Notes: generated from the sequence alone by a model not told the origin. DNA of 35,401 bases from Simkania negevensis (GCA_017116025.1 JAFITR010000001.1:1-35401); one strand, 5' to 3'. Positions 8,176 to 17,210 are shown, numbered from the stretch's first letter. Made by a program: numbers and translations.

Positions 8176-9765
8176 TTAACCCTTCATGAGGGGGAAGAAG
8201 AGCACATCTCTGATGGAGTGTGAGTTGGTGAAGAGCATGACAACTCTATCCATGCCGATACCGATACCTCCTGTAGGGGGCATACCTTGGCAGATCGCTT
8301 CGATGAACTCTTCGTCGAGAGGGTTGGCTTCTTCGTCGCCTGCTTCGCACCGCTCTTGCTGTTCTTCAAGCAGCTTCCTTTGGATGATAGGGTCGTTGAG
8401 TTCTGTGTAGGCGTTACAGATTTCGTGGCCCATGACGTAGCTTTCAAACCGCTCGACCAGCCCCTTTTCTCTATCTTTTTCATTCCTATGTGGTTTGCAT
8501 AGAGGGGTGGTTTCTATGGGGTGGTCAATGATGTGGTGTGGTTGAAGGAGGTGCTGCTCTACCGTTTCTTCGAAGATGAGGGCAGTGAGCAGGCCTCGGC
8601 TTGCCTCTTTTAAAAACTTCGGATCGCCAGCCTCTTTCTCTATTAGAAACGCGGCCATCTCTTCTCTCTTCATCGCATCGATGTCGATATCGGCAAATTT
8701 TTTGATGCTCTGGTGCATGGTGAGACGTGGCCAGGGGGCTTTGTAGTCGACTTCGACCAGCTCTTCATCCAACTCAGGGTTGCCGTATTTGACTTTTGTC
8801 GTACTGAATAGGGTTAGGGCAATCTCTTCAAAAAGATTTTCTGTGAATGACATCAGCTTGTTGTAGTCCCAGTAGGCGGCATAGGCTTCGAGAAGAGTGA
8901 ACTCTGGGTTGTGGTTTTTGTCGATTCCTTCATTGCGGAATACTTTGCCGATCTCAAAGATCTTGTCCATGCCGCCGATGATGAGCTTTTTCAAAGAGAT
9001 CTCTAGCGAGATGCGGCAGAACATATCTTGATCTAAGGAGTGCAGGTGTGTGGTGAAGGGGCGCGCGTTTGCTCCGCCGTAGATGTGTTGGAGGACGGGT
9101 GTTTCCACTTCAAGAAACCCTTCGTCTTCGAAGAAGCTGCGTGTGATGCGTAGGATTTCACTGCGCATGCGGAAGGTGTTGCGTACCTCGTCGTGGTCGA
9201 TGAGGTCCAACCAACGTTTGCGATAGCGCATCTCTTTGTCGACAAGACCTGCATGTTTCTCCGGCAAAGGCAGTAGGGATTTACACAGTAGAGTGACGTG
9301 GTGGACGTAGACAGTAAGTTCTCCCTTTTTTGTGCGGAAGAGGCAGCCTTTGATTCCTAGCCAGTCACCAAAGTCTACCTTTTTCTCGATCACTTTCATC
9401 GGTGAAGGAGCAGGTTCTTCTCCTGCGATATCTTCGGGATTATAGCCTTCGATATGGAGGTGGTCGCGGTTGAACATCAGCTGGATGCGTCCTGTCGCGT
9501 CCTGGATATGGGCAAAAGCATTTTTTCCCATGGCGCGAAAGAGTACGAGGCGTCCAGCGACAACGACAGGAGGCGTGGCCTTGTTGCTCGCTTCTTCGCT
9601 CGTGCCAACAGAATCATCAGCGTACCGATTGTGCAAAGCGTGGGCACTCTCTTTGGGTTCGAAGTGGTGAGGGTAGGGTACGATGCCGAGCTGGCGTAGC
9701 TCATTCAGCTTTTTCAAACGGTTCTGGTATTCTTCTGTGTCTACGTAGTCAGGCTTGTTTGGCAT
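8176..9765 (-). CDS. lysS: Lysine--tRNA ligase, class II
   Basis: 529-aa ORF with an OB-fold N-domain (VVVAGRLVLFRAMGKNAFAHIQDATGRIQL) and class II motifs (FLEVETPVLQ, KVFRNEGID, GIGIGMDRVVMLF). Confidence 0.95.
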   Translation of the reverse strand: MPNKPDYVDTEEYQNRLKKLNELRQLGIVPYPHHFEPKESAHALHNRYADDSVGTSEEASNKATPPVVVAGRLVLFRAMGKNAFAHIQDATGRIQLMFNRDHLHIEGYNPEDIAGEEPAPSPMKVIEKKVDFGDWLGIKGCLFRTKKGELTVYVHHVTLLCKSLLPLPEKHAGLVDKEMRYRKRWLDLIDHDEVRNTFRMRSEILRITRSFFEDEGFLEVETPVLQHIYGGANARPFTTHLHSLDQDMFCRISLEISLKKLIIGGMDKIFEIGKVFRNEGIDKNHNPEFTLLEAYAAYWDYNKLMSFTENLFEEIALTLFSTTKVKYGNPELDEELVEVDYKAPWPRLTMHQSIKKFADIDIDAMKREEMAAFLIEKEAGDPKFLKEASRGLLTALIFEETVEQHLLQPHHIIDHPIETTPLCKPHRNEKDREKGLVERFESYVMGHEICNAYTELNDPIIQRKLLEEQQERCEAGDEEANPLDEEFIEAICQGMPPTGGIGIGMDRVVMLFTNSHSIRDVLFFPLMKG

Positions 9766-9779
9766 AGAAAATCTTTGTA

Positions 9780-10979
9780 TTAAAAGAAGACGGAGTGTGC
9801 AGTGGGCAAAGTAAGGGTAAAGGTCGCGCCTTCGTCCGTCGAAAGAGTGTCGTGGAGGTAGATATTTCCGCCTTGCCCGCGCATAAGTGCTTTGCAGATT
9901 GATAGGCCAAAGCCCATAGGTTGTTGAGTGTCGGGTAGCTTGCTCTGTTCGTACAAATCGAAGAGATGTTCGCGTTTCTCCTTAGGAATGCCTGGTCCGT
10001 TGTCGCGGAAGGTGATGGATGTCAGATCACTCTGCTGGTGCATCGTGATCTCGACAAGACCCTTGTTAGGGGTGTAACGAAAAGCATTGCGTAAGAGAAT
10101 GGTGCACACTTTAAAAAATTTGTAGTAGTCGGCTGTGATGCAGGGCCAGGTGAGGTCGGCGTTGATGGAAAAAGTGATGTTTCTATCGTCAGCAACAGGC
10201 TGAAACTGCTCTTTGATCATCTTGAAAAATTCGCCGATATCGATATGTTCGGTGATGAATTCGCTTTCCCCTGTCTCTAAAGAGGCAATTTCAGAGAGGT
10301 CGTTGGAAAAAATCATCATCTCTTCGGCGATGAGTTTGACTTCGGCAAGATAGTTGCCTCCCAAAGCAGCTTGTTTGCGATGGATACGCTGAAGGCCGAT
10401 GTTGGAAAATTGGATGATCTGGTTTAAAGGGATGCTGATGTGGTTAGAAAGGTTTTTAATAAAGAAAGCCTTGATCCGATTCTTTTGGATGAGCTGGTAT
10501 TTTTCTTTCTGTAATGTTTTTATCTGCTTCTGTAGAGATTGTGTATATGATGCTGCTTTTTTCTCTTGCTTGGCGTGGGTGTCAAGGACGCATTGGATGA
10601 TGTGGTGGCAGTGGTGTAGATTGATATTGGGTTTGATAACGAGGTCGTCGACAAGAGAATTCAGAAGAGGAACGGCCTCGTCGAGAGCGTCTTGGTGGGT
10701 GAGCAAAAGATATACAGTGTCGGGGTAGATCTCTCGAAGCTTCTTAAGGTAGGAGATGTCGTTGTCATTGTGGAAAGGAAAGGCAACGAAGAGGACCTGG
10801 GGGGCAAAAGCAACGATGTCGTCGAAAGCGTCTTCTATGTTGCTGCTTTCTTGCGTCCTAATGTCGTTTTTATAGAAAAAGCCGGCTAAAGTTTGGCTGT
10901 TCTGGCTGTTCTCTTCGACGATGTAGACGCGTTGATAGCTGCTGGTAGCTTTTTGTGCTGTGGGTGTTATACAAGTCAT
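9780..10979 (-). CDS. Cytoplasmic histidine kinase with an N-terminal pseudo-receiver domain
   Basis: H-box-like FIKNLSNHISIPLNQI, N-box LLRNAFRYTP, G1 DNGPGIP, G2 GFGLSICK. The N-terminal REC-like fold (VYIVEEN..., VYLLLTHQ, LVIKP) has Ala at the phospho-acceptor position (VLFVAFPF). No TM segments are evident. Confidence 0.75.
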   Translation of the reverse strand: MTCITPTAQKATSSYQRVYIVEENSQNSQTLAGFFYKNDIRTQESSNIEDAFDDIVAFAPQVLFVAFPFHNDNDISYLKKLREIYPDTVYLLLTHQDALDEAVPLLNSLVDDLVIKPNINLHHCHHIIQCVLDTHAKQEKKAASYTQSLQKQIKTLQKEKYQLIQKNRIKAFFIKNLSNHISIPLNQIIQFSNIGLQRIHRKQAALGGNYLAEVKLIAEEMMIFSNDLSEIASLETGESEFITEHIDIGEFFKMIKEQFQPVADDRNITFSINADLTWPCITADYYKFFKVCTILLRNAFRYTPNKGLVEITMHQQSDLTSITFRDNGPGIPKEKREHLFDLYEQSKLPDTQQPMGFGLSICKALMRGQGGNIYLHDTLSTDEGATFTLTLPTAHSVFF

Positions 10980-11122
10980 GATTGTTGTACCGAAAAAATC
11001 TGTTTTGTATCTTGTTTAGATAGTGACCGTTCTGACGATAAAGTTAGACGCAAATAGCAGTAGGCTGACATTCCTACGACGACGAGCATAAAGACAACAA
11101 CAGTGAGGTAGAAAAACTTCAT
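10976..11122 (-). CDS. Possible 48-aa single-pass membrane mini-protein (not in the ORF track, which has a size cutoff)
   Basis: Hand translation gives MKFFYLTVVVFMLVVVGMSAYCYLRLTLSSERSLSKQDTKQIFSVQQS. Its TGA overlaps the kinase ATG (ATGA). It sits 13 nt downstream of the lipoprotein stop on the same strand. The SD is weak. Confidence 0.35.
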   Translation of the reverse strand: MKFFYLTVVVFMLVVVGMSAYCYLRLTLSSERSLSKQDTKQIFSVQQS

Positions 11123-11135
11123 GGAATGTCCCATC

Positions 11136-12197
11136 CTAGTGGTTGATTATTCCTTCTAGTTGTTGCGTCAGCTCTGTTTCGATGTAAGGGTAGGAGTGTT
11201 TCAGAATCTTGCGAGCTTCTTCTAACGCCCTCTTGTCGTCGAGATTGTAGTAGCAGATGATGCGATAGATCAAGTTGTTTTTTAAGTCTGTCAGGCGAAG
11301 CTCCGATTGCCAGAGAGCCGTTTCGTAGGCATTAAGTCCTTGGAGCTCGTCAGTACGCGTCCTCTTTTTGTCGCTCTGATAAGAGAGTCTCGACGCCCCT
11401 CGATTGCGTTCAAAGTCTTCGTTGATCTTCTGCTGAAAGTCGCTGATACGTCGATTTTCAAATTCAATCTGTATGGCGAAAAATTTCAGATCCTTGCCCC
11501 CTCGTGCCTCTTCGAGCTGAGTCAAAGCTTCTTCCCAGTCTTGTATGGCGAGTAACGTCTCGACGCGTGCTATCTGGAGCAGATGTACCTGCTCTTCCAC
11601 CCTGTGGATGTTGATGGCTAAGGGCTTCTTTTTCCCTTTGGTAGTGCGGATCTCGTTCAGCCAGTCAACCGAATTGTCGATCGCCTTCTCATAAGCGTTG
11701 CTTGCTCGAGCCATCGTATCTTCTTTTAGACGGTAGATCGATGCAAGGAGGGTGTAGGCCGCCGCCTTTTTCTCATAGCTTAATTGTCTGCTGGATAGGA
11801 CGTTGTCGACATCTGCCATGGCGCGTGCAATGTACTCGTGGTACCCTGTGTAATCTGATGGAGAGGGGATACGCATCAAGCTCTGAGGATGGATGGGGGC
11901 TTGTTCAATCGTGAGAAGATTTTCCGCAGTGAAGTAGGCAAGGAGTGCTTGGGCTCGTTGAAGTTGTAAACCTGGATTGCCCGGCTGCTTGGCTATCTTG
12001 TCGTTTAAACTGTTGACTGCTTTCTCGAGAGTCTTCTTCGCTCGTGGTAGTTCGCGTAACTCAATCAGGTTGTTCGCCTCGTCGAGGAGAAGCTGGTTTT
12101 GAATCAACTCTCGCTGCTCCTGCTGACTGTTGCAGCCAAAAGAGAAGAGAAGAAGGGCCGTCAGAGCAAAAAGGGAAATTAAGTTGAACTGTCTCAT
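11136..12197 (-). CDS. Putative lipoprotein, helical/TPR-like, function unknown
   Basis: Signal peptide with a lipobox-like LLFSFGC|N. The remainder is alpha-helical in character with repeated A/L/Y-rich helix pairs. It is first in a same-strand cluster with the mini-ORF, the kinase and lysS. Confidence 0.55.
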   Translation of the reverse strand: MRQFNLISLFALTALLLFSFGCNSQQEQRELIQNQLLLDEANNLIELRELPRAKKTLEKAVNSLNDKIAKQPGNPGLQLQRAQALLAYFTAENLLTIEQAPIHPQSLMRIPSPSDYTGYHEYIARAMADVDNVLSSRQLSYEKKAAAYTLLASIYRLKEDTMARASNAYEKAIDNSVDWLNEIRTTKGKKKPLAINIHRVEEQVHLLQIARVETLLAIQDWEEALTQLEEARGGKDLKFFAIQIEFENRRISDFQQKINEDFERNRGASRLSYQSDKKRTRTDELQGLNAYETALWQSELRLTDLKNNLIYRIICYYNLDDKRALEEARKILKHSYPYIETELTQQLEGIINH

Positions 12198-12395
12198 GAG
12201 TCCTCTCTATAGGCGTATTGATCATTTCATCCTTACACAATATCCCCCTACCACCTTTTTTAAAAACCAAAATGTTGCGTTGTGTGTAGCTTTGTTGCAC
12301 AATTCACCAATGAAATCAGTGGCTCCGTGCAGGGTGATTGCACCAAAAGAAACTTGATCGTGAGTGTTAATTGAGATCCATATCATAAACTCTTC

Positions 12396-12464
12396 TCTCT
12401 GTGCGCTCTGTGATCTCTGTGGTGTAAAAAAAATAAACCACAGAGATCACAGAGCGCACAGAGA
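12396..12464. repeat. Perfect 27-bp stem hairpin with an A-rich loop
   Basis: tctctgtgcgctctgtgatctctgtgg (12396-12422) pairs with ccacagagatcacagagcgcacagaga (12438-12464). The loop tgtaaaaaaaataaa resembles the A/B core. A T-run follows on the + strand (12467-12474). Confidence 0.8.
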
Positions 12465-12604
12465 AAGTTTTTTTAATTCCGCATTGCTGAAGCATGGTCT
12501 TCGAGGCTTAATCGTATAAAATATTCCTCAATTTTCTCATTCCCTCTCACCGATCTCACTGGCTCAGTGGTGATTATGCAACAACGCTTTGTGTGTAGAA
12601 AGAG

Positions 12605-12678
12605 CGCGGGAGACGGGACTCGAACCCGCAACTTCCGGCGTGACAGGCCGGTGCTCTAACCAATTGAACTACTCCCGC
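12605..12678 (-). tRNA. tRNA-Asp (anticodon GUC)
   Basis: Hand-folded cloverleaf: acceptor GCGGGAG/CTCCCGC, anticodon stem CCGGC/GCCGG with loop CTGTCAC, T-loop TTCGAGT. 74 nt; no encoded CCA. Confidence 0.95.
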
Positions 12679-12692
12679 AGGATCTGATGATT

Positions 12693-12764
12693 TGGGCGCA
12701 ACAGGATTTGAACCTATGACCGCCTGTTTGTAAGACAGGAGCTCTACCGCTGAGCTATACGCCC
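12693..12764 (-). tRNA. tRNA-Val (anticodon UAC)
   Basis: Hand-folded cloverleaf: acceptor GGGCGTA/TGCGCCC, anticodon stem CCTGT/ACAGG with loop CTTACAA, T-loop TTCAAAT. 72 nt. Confidence 0.95.
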
Positions 12765-12777
12765 AAATTCGAAGCTA

Positions 12778-13578
12778 CTACTTTAGCTCGGACTTACTTT
12801 TTCCTACAAGCGGTAAGTAGTTTTCTTGGTGTTGTTGTAGGAAGGAGTGGTTGGTGAGGTCGTTGATTTGAATGGGAACGACGGTGATATACCCTTGTGA
12901 GAGGAGGGCTATGTCGCTACCCTCTTCTTCATCATATTTGATCGGCTGCCCTCCAAGCCAATAGTAGGGTGTTCCCTCGGGGTGTAGACGTTTCTCAAGG
13001 TTTTCTATCCAATATTGTTTTCCCTGGCTTGCGAGCTTGATACCACGGTATTGGCCGCCTTCAATATGTGGGAAGGTGACGTTGAGAAATGTCCCTGGCG
13101 GTAAAGGGTTGTTGAGGGTGTGTTGTGTGATCTCTGCGATGTAGGGGAGTGTGGTGATGAAATCGGGTTGGAAGTACTCTTCGCATGAGAATGCAATACC
13201 GGGAATACCTCGTAATGTGCCTTCGATGACGGCAGCAACGGTGCCGCTGTACAAGAGGTTTCTCCCCGCGTTAGAGCCGTTGTTGATGCCAGAGGCGATC
13301 AGTTCTGGTGGGTTGTCCATGAGGGCGCTGAGAGCCATCTTGATGCAGTCGGAAGGGGTGCCGTTGATGACTTTCACCGTCGTCTCTTCAGACCAACGGA
13401 TCTCGTTGATGTACAGGGGTGAACGCGGGCTGTGCGCCATGCCTACTCCGCTTTGATCTTGGCTGGGAGCGGCGACGGTGACGTCTGCTATCTCTCTAAG
13501 CGTCTGCCACAGGTGTGCGATACCAGGGGCGTGGACGCCGTCGTCGTTGGTGATGAGAATCGTTGGCTTCTTTTTCAT
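12778..13578 (-). CDS. surE: 5'/3'-nucleotidase SurE
   Basis: N-terminal signature ILITNDDGVHAPGI, followed by PSQDQSGVG, SGINNGSNAG and YSGTVAA blocks. Confidence 0.9.
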   Translation of the reverse strand: MKKKPTILITNDDGVHAPGIAHLWQTLREIADVTVAAPSQDQSGVGMAHSPRSPLYINEIRWSEETTVKVINGTPSDCIKMALSALMDNPPELIASGINNGSNAGRNLLYSGTVAAVIEGTLRGIPGIAFSCEEYFQPDFITTLPYIAEITQHTLNNPLPPGTFLNVTFPHIEGGQYRGIKLASQGKQYWIENLEKRLHPEGTPYYWLGGQPIKYDEEEGSDIALLSQGYITVVPIQINDLTNHSFLQQHQENYLPLVGKSKSELK

Positions 13579-13592
13579 ATCTTTTCTTTTTT

Positions 13593-15422
13593 TTAGTGAA
13601 TGTATTCGTCGGCGATATCTCTTTTGTCGTAGCCGTCGAGGACGTGGAAGACGCGCAGCTTATTCAGTGTGATAGGCGACATCTGCCCTAGAGGGATATA
13701 GATAATCTTTTTGCCGAATCTTTTGGCAAAACTCTTCAGTGTTGAGCGGGGAGGGGAGGGGGCGAGGTAAACGACGATGGGTTTGATGGCGTAGTCGACG
13801 GCGGCCATAAGGAGCACTTCAGCTTTTGTGCGGCATTCACTATAGTCGGGGTCGGTCCAGATGTTTAGCATACGTCTGGGTGGTGCTGAGAGCATAAACC
13901 CACCATATTCGCAGCGGCTGATGCCAGGGCCGACGATGTTTTTGCGCATGCCTGTAGCGTAGAAAGCCATGTCGGACTCTTGGCTGTGTTCTCCATGCCA
14001 CGTCATCGCCCATGGATATTTCTCTCTATGGACACTCTCATCAGGGTTGTCTTCGTCGAAGATAACGACAACAGAGCTTGCTTCACCGTGCGGACGGCCA
14101 TAGATTTTGACGTACAGCTTGCCTTCGTGCCAATTGCGGATGGTTTCTTTTGTGTCGATACCATCTTCAATGCTAGCGGTGAAGGGCGCTGTTTTGGCAC
14201 TATCTTCGGTAAGGAGCTCCACAGCCCTCTTCCTTAGTGTGTCGCCAAGCCTTTCCACAATAACATCTTCAGGCGGGTAAGAGCAGAGTCCGAACGCGCT
14301 TGGTGGAGTAAATCGCTGGCCTTCATGATCTTTCCTTTTGCGGTATTCTACGTTGGATTTCCTGCTTTTTGATTGTAGGTGAAAGTGGATGCGGCGGCTT
14401 CGTCCCCATACTTCTTCAGGGGTGAGGTCGAGCTGTTCGATGTTGTCGATGTTGCGTAAAAAAGGGTATTCTGTCGCCAGCTTCCACGTTTCATAGGCGT
14501 AATTGTGGTCGACACATCCTTTTGCTGCGGTAAGGGTTTGGAAGAGATCGGGCATCAGCCCCCCTTTGACCATGGCGTAGTTGCGTACAAATTTCATCAT
14601 GTTGCGCATGTTGTACCCAGCAAAATGGTGGCCTGTTCGCTCGGTGTACCGTTTGGATGCTTCTCGATAGAGCTTATAGAGGAACTTTTGCCTGTCAGGC
14701 CTGTTAGCCTTACCTTTCGTGGCAAACTCTTTTCTTTGCTCTTCGTAATGTAGACTGTTCCAACCCGTCTCTGCCATCACCTCACGGCATGAGCTGTCCG
14801 TTAAAGTACACACTTGTGCAAATGACCTCTCAGCGTGCTGATAGTCGGGAAAGGAGTCGTTGTGAAAAAGAGCCAATACATTCTCGACGTGTGCCATTCC
14901 TCCGATAAATAATACCTTGTCGTATTGCAACGATAGCTCTTTGAGCCTCCTGGCCATATAGAGCTCTCTTTTGCTATCGAGGTCGCCGCTCTTTATCTGC
15001 CCCAGAGCATGCTTGTGCCACTCCCAATAATACCTTTTGTATCCAATGCGGTGGATGGCGTAAAGGTCGGGGATAGGATCGTGCATCATCGGGTAGTCGT
15101 CGACGTCGAGGTCGATACAAAAAGCAGCAATCTGGCGCTCTTCTGCCGAGCGGATCCCTTCAAAAGCAGGGTCGCATGGCTCGCATATAAAGTAGATGGG
15201 CTCATTTTGTCTGTCATAAGAGACGACGAGGCTGATATCTGGCAGGCGTGAAGCGGCATGAAGGAAGTTCGCTTGCATCGTTTCAGGAAGCTCAACGGCA
15301 ACACAGTCGGGGGCAAGCTCTGCTACCGTCGCAGCAACCTCCGCTGCCAACTCCATGTTGTAATGGACGACAGGAAGGGCATAGACGTTTTCAACCTGCA
15401 GAGGGAAGGTCCACATTTTCAT
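13593..15422 (-). CDS. TraB/PrgY/GumN (Tiki-like) N-terminal domain protein with a ~420-aa uncharacterised C-terminal extension
   Basis: Three family-like motifs in order: LPVVHYNMELAAEV...PDCVAVELPET, KRELYMARRLKEL and LFIGGMAHVENV (aa 18-180). The rest has no motif I recognise and no DxSxS MIDAS. Its start overlaps the upstream ATPase stop by 1 nt (TAATG). Confidence 0.5.
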   Translation of the reverse strand: MKMWTFPLQVENVYALPVVHYNMELAAEVAATVAELAPDCVAVELPETMQANFLHAASRLPDISLVVSYDRQNEPIYFICEPCDPAFEGIRSAEERQIAAFCIDLDVDDYPMMHDPIPDLYAIHRIGYKRYYWEWHKHALGQIKSGDLDSKRELYMARRLKELSLQYDKVLFIGGMAHVENVLALFHNDSFPDYQHAERSFAQVCTLTDSSCREVMAETGWNSLHYEEQRKEFATKGKANRPDRQKFLYKLYREASKRYTERTGHHFAGYNMRNMMKFVRNYAMVKGGLMPDLFQTLTAAKGCVDHNYAYETWKLATEYPFLRNIDNIEQLDLTPEEVWGRSRRIHFHLQSKSRKSNVEYRKRKDHEGQRFTPPSAFGLCSYPPEDVIVERLGDTLRKRAVELLTEDSAKTAPFTASIEDGIDTKETIRNWHEGKLYVKIYGRPHGEASSVVVIFDEDNPDESVHREKYPWAMTWHGEHSQESDMAFYATGMRKNIVGPGISRCEYGGFMLSAPPRRMLNIWTDPDYSECRTKAEVLLMAAVDYAIKPIVVYLAPSPPRSTLKSFAKRFGKKIIYIPLGQMSPITLNKLRVFHVLDGYDKRDIADEYIH

Positions 15423-16270
15423 TACGTCAGGTAGGTTAATGCTTCATCGCCGAGGGTCATTACAACAGCTTGGCGTAAGAGGCCTTCGATCGTCGTCGCT
15501 TTGGTGTCAGTGATGCGTTTGGCAGCATACCGGGCAATGTTGATGCCGTCACGTACCGTGTATTGCTCATTGTTGCTGTGCGCCTTCTGTAAAAAAGCAA
15601 CGACATAGTCGAGAATCTCCTCATCAAGGAAGGGGAGATTCTCCTTCAAAATTCTTCTCTCTTCTTCCGCTTCAGGGAAGTCAAGGTAGATTTGTGGCTG
15701 AAGGCGGCTGTGGATGTATTCGGGGATCTCAAACGTCGATGCGTCGTCGTTCATCGTTACACATATCCGGAAGTCAGGATGGGCAGAAATCTTTAGCCCA
15801 GCGATAATCGATTCCACATAACGTCTCGTGTCCAACAGCGGCGCTAGTGATGCCCACGACTTCTCACTCATCCTGTTTCCTTCGTCAAGAATGCACACCC
15901 CTCCGCGTACCATCGCGGTCACCAGAGGCGAAGCAACATAACGAATCTTACCCGCTTCGTCGATGACAGGAGTGATTAGCAAATCTTCAGGCCTTGTGTC
16001 CATCGTTGCTTGGAAGATGTAAGCAGGCTTGCCAAGTCTCTTCGTGGCAGCATAGGCCAATGTCGTTTTGCCTACACCAGGTTTGCCGATCAGACGTGGG
16101 TTCATCGGCAGGTCCTTGCTGTCAATCACTAGCCACGCCGCTAAAAGCTGATCCAATACCTCCTCTTGTCCTACCCATCCAAAATCAAACTCGTCGGGGA
16201 AACCCAACCCTATGCGTACCCCCTGGATGTTTACACTGCTCTCGTGCTCGTTGTGGTGATGTATTGTCAT
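15422..16270 (-). CDS. AAA+ ATPase, MoxR/CbbQ/NorQ (AAA_5)-like
   Basis: Walker A GKPGVGKTT, Walker B VCILDEGNR, sensor-1-like VTMND. Single AAA module of 282 aa, as in MoxR-class chaperone ATPases. Confidence 0.8.
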   Translation of the reverse strand: MTIHHHNEHESSVNIQGVRIGLGFPDEFDFGWVGQEEVLDQLLAAWLVIDSKDLPMNPRLIGKPGVGKTTLAYAATKRLGKPAYIFQATMDTRPEDLLITPVIDEAGKIRYVASPLVTAMVRGGVCILDEGNRMSEKSWASLAPLLDTRRYVESIIAGLKISAHPDFRICVTMNDDASTFEIPEYIHSRLQPQIYLDFPEAEEERRILKENLPFLDEEILDYVVAFLQKAHSNNEQYTVRDGINIARYAAKRITDTKATTIEGLLRQAVVMTLGDEALTYLT

Positions 16271-16280
16271 GGATACCTCA

Positions 16281-16316
16281 ACAGTATTTGTGGCCTGAAA
16301 GGCTACAATATTCAGC
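16281..16316. repeat. Short hairpin module (acagtatttgtggcctgaaaggctacaatattcagcc)
   Basis: Near-identical module at 25936-25968. Related copies at 16518-16541 and, more weakly, 20823-20845. Confidence 0.7.
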
Positions 16317-16380
16317 CAATTCTATACATGTTTTTCGTCAAACGCAACAGCATATTTCTTCAAAAACAGCATAATAACCA

Positions 16381-16690
16381 GGGACAGCAGGGAGAGAAAA
16401 GGGACAGCAGGGACAGCAAAGACAACAGGGACAACAAAGAATGACTACCCATTTTCAGGCCGAAGGCCTGGGATGTAATAGCCCAGGGCAACGCCCTGGG
16501 TATACCAACCCAAGAAATGCAGCCTGAAAGGCTGCAATATTCGGCCTGGTTTCAAAACTGCCAAACTCGAGCGTTGATTCTCAACGAGCAACATTGAAGA
16601 CCGAAACGACAAAACCGACAAAAACGGACAGTGCTTCTGTTGTCCCTGCTCTCCTTGTCGTCTCTGTTGTCCCTTTCTGTTTCTGCTGTC
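16381..16690. repeat. Composite intergenic repeat: purine-rich quasi-repetitive arms flanking a cargo of short hairpin modules
   Basis: Left arm 16381-16440 (units gggacagcag / gacaacag). The right arm 16637-16690 is an imperfect complement. Internal modules are aggccgaaggcct, gcccagggcaacgccctggg (16481-16500), tgcagcctgaaaggctgcaatattc, and cggcctggtttcaaaactgccaaactcgagcg (16542-16572; 31/32 identical to 26128-26159). Confidence 0.75.
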
Positions 16691-16770
16691 TGCAGCTTCA
16701 GGATGTGACAAAAAAGGGTCAACTTCTCTACAATGCTTTCTTGAAACGGAAATGGTTGAAGGAGACTCCC

Positions 16771-17142
16771 ATGATTAAAGAAAAGACCAACAGGAATGAC
16801 CCTTGTCCTTGTGGGTCTGGTAAAAAATACAAAAAATGCTGCGCTCTTAATCCTTTGAAAAGAAAAATTAAGGTGCTCAAAGCAGGCGTTGAGAAAAGTC
16901 TCGATATTGACCTGTTTGGTAAGACCTATCAAAAACAGATCGCACAAGAAGAATCCTTTCAAATGACAAAACGCGACTTCTCCGCTGGCGGTGTTCAAAA
17001 AACAGCAAAAACAACCCCCTCGTCACCTCTTGCCAAAAATGCTGCTTCTTCACGAGAAGAGCTAGACAAACAGCTACACGCTGCTGATAAAAGAAAAGAA
17101 GAAAAGTTTACGCCTACAACAAAAGATTTCTCAAACGAATAA
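16771..17142 (+). CDS. Small basic protein with an N-terminal SEC-C metal-binding motif
   Basis: [24 protein letters not shown] matches the SecA C-terminal Zn motif ([13 protein letters not shown]). AAGGAG lies 7 nt upstream of ATG 16771. The longer track ORF (from 16594) starts inside the repeat element. Confidence 0.6.
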   Translation: MIKEKTNRNDPCPCGSGKKYKKCCALNPLKRKIKVLKAGVEKSLDIDLFGKTYQKQIAQEESFQMTKRDFSAGGVQKTAKTTPSSPLAKNAASSREELDKQLHAADKRKEEKFTPTTKDFSNE

Positions 17143-17210
17143 AACTAGCGGCAGAGACAAACATCTTGTGCTCTAATCTCCCCCTTTGGTATACCATTCC
17201 ATTCTCTTGC

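Noticed and set aside
16445-16998. ORFs 16445-16711 (-), 16552-16998 (-) and the 16594-16770 N-terminal extension of the SEC-C ORF
   Set aside because: All run through the composite repeat 16381-16690. The SEC-C protein has a good AAGGAG SD at the internal ATG 16771. The antisense ORFs lack any motif.
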